Below are positions 1-11,349 of a stretch of DNA of 64,000 bases, piece by piece. A model generated the notes under the pieces. The model was given only the letters and a program-made list of their open reading frames with translations. It did not search any database and was not told the origin of the DNA. This stretch comes from Selaginella moellendorffii. Its lineage: Eukaryota > Plantae > Lycopodiophyta. Numbering within the stretch: position 1 is the stretch's first letter; every line of letters begins with the position of its first letter. Where the stretch lies: NCBI RefSeq assembly GCF_000143415.4, contig NW_003314296.1, positions 1,463,858-1,527,857 of the forward strand, written 5' to 3'. The position numbers and the translations under genes are program-made.

Positions 1-1227
1 TGTCCTCATTTTATTGTTAAAGCCTCCTCTCTACCCCATCCTCCAAAGGAAAAAAAGTTTGAAGTTTTAGGACGAAAACAGAAAAAAAAATAATAATTGA
101 GGAAGAATAATTGTGGAAGAAGAAAAAGTAGATAAAGAATTATTAGAAAAAGAATTTTTAACAGTTATCAATGCAAAAAAAGGAAAATAAAAATAAAGAC
201 ATATGCTCAAAGCTTGGAAAACATGGGATTTCTTGTTATAAAATATATTAACCACCACAATACAAACAAGAAATTCACACTACTCAACTTCTTCAACACA
301 CAACTTAACACTTAAGACAAAAAAACAATATATAAACTCATCAACAAATGGTAAAGTAAAAGCTATTGCTGACATCCACAATTTGGGATATCCACTCAAC
401 CCAAAACTCTAGCAAAAGTGATTGAACTTTTGGAATAAGGGAACATTTAATATCAAAATTGATCAATGACTCTGTCAATAAAATAAAAGTAAAAGTTTCA
501 ATTTCATACATATGCTCAACATTTATATTAATATAAGGAGGATAGAAAACACTCAACTCTAACATTATATTGAGAAGGAGACTCATAAGAGTCATAAATG
601 ATCAATGTGCAAAGAAAATAAAACATTGCAGATGACAAAGAAACATTAAGAATATGAAAAGGTGAAAGATAAAAAAACATGGGAAACATTCTTCAAAAAT
701 TAGACTCTATCATTTATAATTCTTTAATCGATATTATAAACATACTCCATATCAACAAAGATAGCAAAACATTAAAAATAGAAAAAACCATGTAATCATA
801 TCTTATAAAATCTAAAAGATAACAATACATTAAAGATGAGCACAACATCAATATAGAATTGCAAAAGGTTGTGGACAGAATTTAGAAGGTAAGCTTATTG
901 TTTATGAGTGTATTATTTCTAAATATTAAAGTTCTAGGTAAATATGTTTCCTAGAAGAATTTTATGGTGAATCAACAATGCTACATTGCAACACCAAAAT
1001 GAACAATTTAGCATTACATTAAGGGCATGTTTATCACATAAAATTAATGGTATACTCAATGCAATGATGCAACAAAATGCCCATTTTGGGCATTTGCAGA
1101 GATTGGTAAGATTTCTATGACAACTCAACAATTGTACATGACAAGAACACCAACAATGAAGAGATTTAGCATTCCAAAAAGGACATGTTTCTTGTATTGC
1201 ATTCATCCTCCTCAGAAAATTCATGCA

Positions 1228-1560
1228 TTAGATTCTTACCCATTCTGAATTAATCCCTGACTGGGCCGCACCTATTTCTTCCTGCTGCTCTTGCCAGCAG
1301 CCTTGGCCTCTGCGTTGGTATCCTACTTGTCCACCTTCACAAATGCTTTGGTTGAGTGAGTGCCAAAACTCCACTGCTCCATCGTCCCAAGGCTTCACTT
1401 CATAGATGAGACTCTGGCAAGGGGAGTGCTTCTTCTTCTTCATCTCCCAATTCCAAGCCCCATCCCTTGCCAAGAAAGCATATTCGTTCTAGCCACGGCA
1501 TATTCTGTCTGCCTCCTAGAGTCAGAGACTGTTCCGTTTGTTTGTCCAAGAATATGCTTA
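1228..1560 (-). pseudogene. Decayed gene-like fragment of uncertain identity
   Basis: GC-richer island in AT-rich DNA. Short protein-like peptides occur in different frames (EYAVAR, LGDEEEEALPLP, SLIYEVKPWDD, VEFWHS, DTNAEAKAA), but there is no coherent ORF. Confidence 0.25.
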
Positions 1561-1612
1561 ATTTGAAAATAAATATTCCTGAATATTTTATCTCCAAGGG
1601 TCAAGGTAAGCT

Positions 1613-2968
1613 ATGGCGATGGCGGCAGTGGCAGCGTCTCTCCGCGCAAATCTCCGCTGCAAGAGGCCATGGCAGGAGGCGAGCGGCGCGCTGGGCGACC
1701 TGGGCACATTCGTCCCGATCGTCGTGGCGCTAACCCTAGTGAGGGGCCTGGATCTCGGTACGTCGCTCATCGCCACCGGCCTCTACAACGTCGTCACCGG
1801 CGCGGTGTTTGGCGTGCCAATGCCCGTCCAGCCGATGAAATCCATCGCCGCGGTGGCCATCACGGAGGGCGATCGGTCGCTCAGCATTCCCCAGGTCATG
1901 GCCGCGGGGCTGTGCGTTTCCGGAATCGCTTTCTTCCTCGGGATCACTGGGCTCATTCGAGTCGTGGCGTGGATCGTGCCCCTGCCGGTGGTGCGAGGGA
2001 TCCAGCTCGCGCAGGGGCTCTCCTTCGCGATCACTGCCGTGAAGTATGTGCTCCAGGAACAGGATTTCTCCAGAGGGAAGGCTACCGGGGACAGGCCTTG
2101 GCTGGGACTGGATGGGATCCTGGTCGCTCTCGCTGCTCTGGGATTCATCGTTCTTGCTAATGGATCCGGGCAAGGCGTCGAGGATTCGCAGCGTGGTGAT
2201 GATCAAGATCAAGAGGCCGGTGACGAAGAAGAACACGTCGAAAGCTCATCGCCCACCACCTTTGCGATGAGGATTCCAACCGCGCTGATCGTGTTCTTGG
2301 TCGGGATCCTCCTCGCAGCGGTGAGGAACCCGAGCATCTTCGATGCTCTCCGGCTGGGACCAAGCATCCCTCGCATCACAAGGATCACTGGCGAAGACTG
2401 GAAGATTGGTTTTGTGCGAGGAGCGATCCCGCAGCTCCCTCTCACGATCCTCAACTCGGTGGTGGCGGTTTGCAAGCTCTCCAAGGATCTCTTCCCGGAG
2501 ATGGAAGATCGCGTGTCGCCGACCAGGGTCTCGGTGAGCGTCGGGATCATGAACTGGATCGGGTGCTGGTTTGGAGCTCTCCCGGTTTGCCACGGCGCTG
2601 GGGGACTGGCCGGGCAGTATCGATTTGGAGCGAGCTCGGGAGCGTCAGTGGCGATGCTTGGAGCTGCCAAGCTTGTGCTTGGATTGCTGCTAGGGAGCTC
2701 TTTGATCAGGCTTCTAGACGCGTTTCCTATCGGGCTTCTGGGGATCTTGCTGCTCTTCTCAGGGGTGGAGCTCGCCATGGCTTGCCGGGATCAGACGAGC
2801 AGGCTGGATTCGTTTGTGATGCTCACCTGTGTGGCCGTGTCGCAGGGATCCAAGAGTCTTGCCATTGGTTGTGTGTGTTCTATACTTTTGTTTGTGTTGC
2901 TCAAGGTGAGAGATGTGGTGTTTTGGAGGCGTCTCTCTACTAGGAGTGATCTACAGCCACTGCTGTAA
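1613..2968 (+). CDS. Molybdate transporter (MOT1/MOT2, SULTR5-like), intronless, 451 aa
   Basis: Intact ORF with the family signature EASGALGDLGTFVPI, plus GVPMPVQPMKSIAAVA and PVCHGAGGLAGQYRFGA, many TM segments, and a C-terminal dileucine (DLQPLL). Confidence 0.93.
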   Translation: MAMAAVAASLRANLRCKRPWQEASGALGDLGTFVPIVVALTLVRGLDLGTSLIATGLYNVVTGAVFGVPMPVQPMKSIAAVAITEGDRSLSIPQVMAAGLCVSGIAFFLGITGLIRVVAWIVPLPVVRGIQLAQGLSFAITAVKYVLQEQDFSRGKATGDRPWLGLDGILVALAALGFIVLANGSGQGVEDSQRGDDQDQEAGDEEEHVESSSPTTFAMRIPTALIVFLVGILLAAVRNPSIFDALRLGPSIPRITRITGEDWKIGFVRGAIPQLPLTILNSVVAVCKLSKDLFPEMEDRVSPTRVSVSVGIMNWIGCWFGALPVCHGAGGLAGQYRFGASSGASVAMLGAAKLVLGLLLGSSLIRLLDAFPIGLLGILLLFSGVELAMACRDQTSRLDSFVMLTCVAVSQGSKSLAIGCVCSILLFVLLKVRDVVFWRRLSTRSDLQPLL

Positions 2969-5900
2969 AGCCTGTCAAAATAATTATGATATAATTATAT
3001 TTCACTTATAAACATTTTTATTTTTTCCTTGTCATCATCCCAATAATAATTGTAAATAACCTGGTTTTCTTATTATATTTAAACTTTTATATGATATTAT
3101 GTAATCATTTTATATATTTCTTTTTCTTTCCTTTCTATATTCATTATAAATTTTATTAATATTTACTAAATTTCTTACTTCAGTTATATATTAATTTTTA
3201 TCACTTTGTTTTCAACCTTATAAAAATAATATAAGCTCTTTAGTTTATAGTTCTGTTGATAAGCCCCAATTAATTAGCCATTCAGTAATCACTTATCAAC
3301 ATCCTCAATATATGAAATAATTTTATCCTTCAATGTCCCTATTTTGATTTTTACCAAATTCTTCTTCTTCACATGACAATGTTTGCTAACACTATTGTTA
3401 AATTAAAGTTAAAAAAGCTATCCACTAAATCTCACTATCTAAACTTTCCTCACCATGTAATTATACCTTTGGTTACTAAGCAAAAGAAATTATTTTTTTC
3501 TTTCTACAGATTTATATTTTGGAATGATATTTCAAAATATTATCGCCTAACACAATCTTTGTGGGAACTCCCACCACATTTAACTGCCAAGATGCCCTAG
3601 TTACATAGCTAGAGCAAGGTTTTGAGTAACTATTAGTCTAAATAATTTGAGTAATTTTGAAGTAAGTAGTGCTATTGGAGCATCAACTATTAGATTTTAC
3701 CTTTATAAAGTTAATATAAGCTTCTTAGATTGGCCCTTTATAAGGCTAAAGATTAAAAAGTAATAAAAATTAATATATAGAAATATTAAAATAACTGAAG
3801 TAAGAGATTTTTGGTTTGCTTAAACAAAAACTAGATGGCACTGGATATACCTAGAATATTCTTAGATACTTTAGGATCTTTTACCATCTAATTATTGTTA
3901 TTTATTTAGATTAATTCTGTATTTAAAAATATGCAATAATATTAATCTTGATTTATAAATAATAAACCATGTTTATAATTATTGATCATTTGGAATACTC
4001 AAAAATACTAAATAAGTATGACATTAATATTAAGTAAACCAAATGTTGCTGCGTGTGATGTGTAGAATTTTTATAAATAGTAATAATATAAAATGATTAT
4101 AAAATATCTTAAGAAATTATTTTCTATAAATCTTTAAATAAAAAATACTGTGAGATCCAAATGTATGAGTATAATGCTATATACTAATATTATTATAGTG
4201 GGATTTTGATAGCTATTAAATTAGTTTCAATCTAAACCACTTAGTCCTATATATAAACTAGGGTTTTTGGGTTAATAAATATGCACATTTCTATATTCCA
4301 TTTCCATATTTCATACACTAACATTGGTGGAGATGAAAAGTAATTTTGATTGTCCCCAAAGAATGTTTGGATTTGGGCTTTTGGTTTAAATCTTATTTTT
4401 ACAACACTTAAATCTTACTTTCCTTATAACTTCTTAATTTATTCTCTCTTTTTTTTTTCTTTTTTGTTCATCTTTATGGTAGAGTAGCAGTTTCTTCCCT
4501 CTTTAACTCTGGAGCAAAAGTTTGTGCAATTGTTTGATATTATATGGTTATAGTTGAAAAATTAAATTTAATTGATGGTGGCATTCAAAGTGTATGGTAT
4601 AACTCCTGTTACTGTCAATCCTCACATCTGGTTAGAGTTTTTTTATAGGAATCCTAGAGATTAATATAATCACTTTATAATGATTGTTACCTATTATTCT
4701 TGGAATTTGCATGAGTTTCCCATGTGTCTTTAATGGATAGTGATGTAGTGGTATAATGGTTTGAATGTAACCACTCATGCAGATTTGAGCATTCTCCAAA
4801 ATGTCTTCAAGTGCACATTTGAACATACTAACGATTGTGATAATGGCTTTCCAACAATTGCATCATTTTTATTAAGGGCCATTTAAGTTAGTGATGCAAT
4901 TTAGTGTTCACTTCCAAAACTTCTTACTTCATGTAAAGCCAAATATATCAAAGCAGATTAAGTTAAGAATATTATAGCTAACATTTCATCAAAATCTTGT
5001 GGGACTTGAGTATGCTTTTGCTCCACCCACACTTGACAATACTATTTGACTAGCACAACATTATAAGATATTGCCTCTTTCATTTCTCATTATACATCCT
5101 TTAGCTCTACTTTTTGTGGAAGATAATCTTGTTTTGATAGAGGTTGATGCTATTGTTGCTCATGTTCAAGGACAAGGGTGAGAATGTGGTCGTAATTGTG
5201 ATATTTGTTGTTGAGCATATGACGAGGTTAGCCACATATATTAGCATTGTTAGTATTTTCTAAATTGATGTACTCTATTTCCTAAGTGAAAGCCTTGGTG
5301 TCAATAATGTCTTATTAGTGCTATTGTAATGGAAGGATTTGATATAGAAATTTTTCCCAGAAATGAGGAGTCATAAGGTCATTGCATAAATAAGTCAATG
5401 ACCCCTCCATCCTTCTTTTGGGAGTACTATCAAGGGGTTCACTTAACATCAATTCATCAAGTGTTTATTTTCCAAGTTTGTTTTTATAATAAAAGGTTTT
5501 TTATTATTCTTTCTATATTAGTTTATATAATTAGATTTTATCTTTTCTTGCTCGACTTATTGCCACATATTACTATCTACAATTGCATTGTGTGGAAGAG
5601 TCTATCTTCATTCTTTATGGCAATAATAGTATATATATATATACGAGGGACAAACAAGTCTAACTATATATGTAGGTGATCTTGAGCTTAGATTTTAATC
5701 ATTGCAAGTGGTGCCAAGTCAAGTTTTTAACTTTATCCTTGGTATAGATTAGTTGCATCACAATTATACCAAATATGACATTGAAGCTTCTTCCTTTGTC
5801 TCATACTTCTTTATAATTCTTCTTTTTTTTTCAATTTTATTCCATTTTATCTCTTCACTTCTATTTTTGTTTCCATCATGTTTGTCTCCTTATTACTTTC

Positions 5901-6063
5901 TACTATATTTCCATCTTGCTCCTCTATTCCCTCTTTAAATCATTTGACAATTTTTGTGTTGCAATAGTTGACCAACTTAAGAAAGAGTATGTTAATTTCT
6001 TCAATTTTGACTTGTTATCTAGAGATAAGATTACAATCCATCATCCTATTCCAATTAGGGATA

Positions 6064-6199
6064 TGTAAACAACTAAAAGAAAAGGATCTATAAATAAAAG
6101 TGCACCCCTTTTTTAATCGGTTAAGGGTTTTAAGATATTTGGAGTTGAATAATACTAAGTTGAGTGACCTTCTTAAAAGTCTAAATTCAAAAGTTTATA
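6064..6199 (+). mobile_element. Degenerate, internally deleted family C (TRIM) solo LTR
   Basis: Starts TGTAAACAACTAAA, contains GTGCACCCCTTTT..TTAAGG and GTGACCTTC..AAGTC, and ends TTCAAAAGTTTATA. Colinear with 44569-44762 and absent from the homologous site near 46455. Confidence 0.6.
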
Positions 6200-7460
6200 A
6201 AATGCTCATCCAATCAAGGTTCCTATATAGCATCAATCACTGAAAAAGATTAGAAATTTATGTGTAAATGTCAAGAAGATGTTGGAAAAGAGTGTTATCT
6301 AAAAGTCTTGGAATCCTTAGATGTGTGAAAATCATCTTATGACAAATACTGATAAGAGTATTTGCTTTTGCATTGACTATTGTCTATTAAACAAAGTGAC
6401 TATCTTAGATATGTACCCTTTTCCTCATACTGTTAATCTTTTAAATTTTCTAGGGAGAAGTTGTTGGTTCACCAAGTTAGATTTTATTTTTAGGTACTAG
6501 CAACTGGCAATGACCGAGGAAGATATTCCCAAGACTACTTTTATACACCATTTGGTTTTATATGTTCTTGATGATATTGTTTGGTTTAAATAATACTCCA
6601 ACAACTTTCCAATAGATGATTAGATGAGATTTTTTACAATATGTTGGAAGTGATTATTACCTTCATTGATGATGTTTTGATCTATTCGGAAGGGATATGA
6701 AAAGAACACATTTGTGATGTTTGTAAAGTGTTGGATTGGCTATAAGAAGTTAGTTTAAAGTTGAAGTAATTGAAGTGCGTGTTTGGGTCTAAAGACACAA
6801 TTTATCTTGGGTTACTATATTTCTTATGAAAATTTGAAAGTTGATCTTGATAAATTTATGGCAATTTTACACTTCTTTACTCTATGGTGTGTAAATGATG
6901 TGCAACACTTCCTAGGCAAGGTGCAATATCTTGGTTATTTCATTGATCATCTTTCTAATCAAACTATACTATTGCGAGTGTTGTTGAAATCATCAACATC
7001 ATCTTTCATTTGACCTGAAGATTTTGAGTAGGTATTTACAGATCTCAAAATGTTGTTAATAACTCTTTCAATTTTGGCATATCCTAATTATAAACAACTT
7101 TTCATTTTGCACGTGGATGCTTTTAATATCAATCTTGAATGGGTGTTAGCCCAAATTTGTTTAATTAGCATTATTCTATTGCATGCATTAATTGTACATT
7201 ACAACCAGTAAAGATGAATTACTCCACAACAGAGAATGAGGGTTTATTAGTAGTTTGGGGTTTCAAAAAGTTTTGTGCATATTTGCATGGTTCTCAGATC
7301 TAACTAAACGGTGATTATGCTGCAATTACTTTGTTATTGAAGCAAAAGAACTTAGTTGGTCGTACTACTTAGTGGGCTCTGAAACTTTAGATATATAATT
7401 TTGAGTTTGTCTATTGTTCAGGGATTTTTATGACTAATGTTGATGCCCTTTCTTGAACTC
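6200..7460 (+). pseudogene. Decayed Ty3/gypsy pol (RT + RNase H)
   Basis: Frameshifted motifs FCIDY, DMYPFP, WFTKLD, EEDIPKTTF, FIDDVLIYS, FLGKVQY, FILHVDA and NYSTTENEGL...W; many stop codons. Confidence 0.85.
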
Positions 7461-7918
7461 TTCTCCCTTATTAACTTTCTTTTATTGTTCCTAATAAGAT
7501 TGTTGTTCTAGCATTAATGGATTTTCTGAATAAGGATCTATTTTTATGGCGAGTGTTGTACATAATGTTCAATATTTGTAAAGTGTGGAGCAAAATTTAC
7601 TTTATCTTGACAAGGTTTGTGAGGCTTAAAAGGTTAAGTCTTAAATTTAAAAGCTTTATAAAGGTTTAAAAAATTTATATCACTTGTTGATGACTTGCAA
7701 TTTTGGAATTTATATTCTCAATATCACCTTGATGATAACTTTCTTTATTTTATGGGGACTTATATTAATTATTTATGGCTAGTGATGCCTTTGATATTTA
7801 TTCTACATTTTCTCCATGCCTATTATGATTCTCTTATTCCATGTGGGCATATAAGACATCAACATATGATTGAAAATTTACACATTTTTTATTGGTTGGA
7901 GATAGGACATGATGTTAT

Positions 7919-9442
7919 TGTGAGACATAAATCTCTATGCCCCAAAGTGGAGCCGAAAGAGTGCCATATGGTAATGGTCGAAATGGAAGTCCAACAAGCA
8001 TAACATGTTTAAATCAAAAGCTCCAACTTAGAAGATCAAGAGCAAGAGTGGAACTCCGAACAAAGTGCTCAAGGAATGAGTACAAAGCAATCAGTGAATA
8101 AGTCTTTAAAAAGGGATATAAGAAGGACTGACATATGGCAAGTGTTGTGATACATGAAAGTATTAGGAACAAGTCTAAAAAAGAGTTCAAGATGGAGGCC
8201 AATATAGACCTAAAATGGACTTAAGATAGAGTCCAATATGGACCCGAGATAGACTCAAGATGGAGTTCAAGATGGACCCGAGATGAAGTCTAAGATAGAT
8301 TCAATATAGAGTCCGAGATTAAGTTCTAGATGGAGTTCAAGGTCGAGTCTGAGGTCGAGTTTGAGGTCGAGTCCAAGGTTAAAATTAAGACCGAGTCCAA
8401 GTCCAAGTTTATGATTGAGTCCGAGTCCAAGTCCTAGGGTGAAAGCCCAAAGTAATCATCTCCTAAACCCTAAAGGGTTTGATGAGCTCCAAAAGTATAG
8501 TAGAGGGAAGACTTCAATGGAGCCAATTTGGCCAAGAAAAGTCAATTTGACCAAGGAAAGTTATACTCACAACTTGGATGATGATATAACCACTAAAGAG
8601 TCCAAAACTAAAGTGAATATGGACAGATAAGTGAAGTAACATAGTGAAGTATTCAAGAGCCAGCTTTAGCTCCCCCGGGAAATCGAATGGTCGATGCTCC
8701 CAATCCAAGTGTGGGTGGCATTACTTATTTGGATACCTAATGTGGCTTATCAGAACCTTGCTCTAGCTACGTGGCTAGGGCACCCAAAGGCGGAAGGTGG
8801 GGAGAGTACTCATAAGGCTTGTGTAGGGCAGTGGTGTTTCAAAATGTTATTCCAAAGCCCTAAATTGTGGAAAGGAAAGAAGCAATACTCTTATGTAATG
8901 ACCAAGGATATGGTTATGCTGCAAGGAAGTCTTAAATGTCAATAGGACGTAATGGTTAAACCTCCGAGCCCAGACCCAATGGTAGTGTTGGCAAACACGA
9001 CTATGGACGAAGAAGGTTTTAGTGAGGACTAAAAAAGGGATATTGAGGAAGGTTGTTCCCCATGGCTCTAAGTATCCTAAGGATGCTAAAGTGTGGTTTT
9101 ATGATGATTGCTTATGGACGGATGCCTTAATCTTTGAGAAACAAGAATATGGCACAAGTGGTCTAGGACTACCAATGAGACAAAGGTAAATAGATATAAC
9201 TTTAGCGTAATGGGTTGATATATCAGTAGTACTTTTGGAATGTCTATTATAAAAAAAAAAAAATTAGACATATAAGAATATTCAAACCAAATACAAATGT
9301 TGAGTGGTATAGATGCCATTCACTAAGCTAGCAAGTCCCTATGTCGAGAATAAAATTTATGAAGGTTGTGAATGAAACTCTTTTAAGTGATTAGAGGTGT
9401 GGTTAAGTGATTAGAGTAGAATGGAAAAATTATTTATTTATA
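7919..9442 (+). mobile_element. Old solo LTR of family B
   Basis: Starts TGTGAGACA, is colinear with 47439-49179, and ends ATGGAAAAAT..TTATA. Flanks gttat/attat form a 4/5 TSD. Confidence 0.85.
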
Positions 9443-11349
9443 ATTATTTAGTATATATGTAATTGTGTTTAATGCCAAGCCTTGATTCATTTTTGAATAT
9501 TATCATATGTCAATATCTAACTATATTGTTATAAGCATAAATGAAGAAGTTTCCAATATGAGACCAAGCTCAATCAGGCACCATTAGTCTTTTTTGTTAG
9601 AAATATGCTTTAGATTGGGAGGATTTACAATAGTACATTTTAAAGTAAGCTTTTTTTTCACTAAGATTTCACTTTTTTTCATGAATAAAAGTTGACTCTT
9701 TTTCTAAATGAATAATAAAAGTGATCTCCAAAGAAGTCTAGAAGCTTGTCATTCATAACTAGTTAATTGAGAATAAAAAATGTAAATACAGATTTAGTGT
9801 TTGATATTTTTACATTATTAGTTATTTTTATTGAGCATTTTGAATTGGCATTGTCCAGTCAAAAGAAAAGAAGATTGATTTACATTAAACACTTTATCTA
9901 CTTCTATAAGTTTTGTGTAAAATAATCCAGAAAACTAATTTGGGTATAAGTCCATGTATGTGCATGCGTGTATAGAGTTCAAATCATGTGAGTAGAAGTT
10001 TATATGGTTAATGATAGCAAAATATACTTTGATGAATTTACCTAAAGATAGCAAATACATAATAAGAGTAATACTTATTGATGGATCAACAATCAAGAAA
10101 ACTATAAAAGCACATTGGCTTATAATGTCATAATATGATATTATTTTATAAGAACAAAATATTACCATTATGCAAATTTGGGATTGAAGACTTTTATCAT
10201 ACAATCTATTAGTGTTTTGCAATTTTTTTATTACTACTATACTTTGTATTCCACTCTCAAAATTTTCCCACTTTTCTAGGAATTCCAAAATTGTCATTGA
10301 TGCAACATTACTAAACACACATATTAGAAGATAATTTAATTATACTAATTGATTAAAATACTCAATTTCATGTCTCCAAAGAAAGGGAGTGAGCATCATA
10401 ATCTAATATTCTAAAAGTTATTTAACTTATAAATATTCTTTGGAATCAACCAATTGTATACGCAATGATACAATTGGCTAATTCTTGAATTTTAACTTTT
10501 TAATAAAAATAATATTATCTATAATAAATAAATTAAAGAACATGATGCCTCCTTTGAGATTTGGCGCCCCAACAATTCAAAACGTTACCCTCTTCCACAA
10601 GTTTTTAAAATTCGCTATTTTAAACAACCTTTTTCCCCGAAAAAACAATTAATGTTATACAATTTTTAATAAAATCCCTTTTAATGCGTTCACACCGTGG
10701 GTAAGTTCACAAAGCTGCTAGAAAAAAGTAGTGTTGTTTTCCATTGGCGCAAGAGGGCGCCATCGCCGTGCTCTCTCTCTCTCTCTCTCCATCCCCCTGC
10801 ATTGTGGCCGCCTGCTGCCCTCGTCCCATTCGATCCATCGCCATCGCGGATCCCCGCCTCCATTCCCCGGCCCGGCGAGCTTCCTCCTCCGCGGCGCTTC
10901 TAGGGTTTTAACAGCGGGCGGGCGCTACGCTAGGGTTCCTGGATTTCCCTCGCTCGTCTCGCTCGGCGCCACCGCGCTGCTCGATTCCACTCCAGGATTC
11001 GAGGGTTTTGGGGAATTCGCGACAGCTCGAGGTGGGTTTTTGATGGTTTTGGTTTGTTGCTATCTCTCTAGGGCTTACTTGCGTCATGGATGTGGTCGTT
11101 ATTTTACACTCCAGTCACATACCTATATATCATCCATGACACTTTGTCGTTTGGTTTTCTTTGCTTTGTTCTTAGCAGAGGTCTTACTTTCTCTTTTCTT
11201 TTCTCAGGATTTAAGGAAGCTGGGAAGTTCATGGAAACTCTCTGGTGCTCGGGGCTGCTGTTTAGAAGAGCCATTCTAATGCAGTAAGTTCGCGTAGATA
11301 GATCTAGTTTTCTTAGAGGGAGCAGCAGGGAACAGTAAATAGTGGTGGT

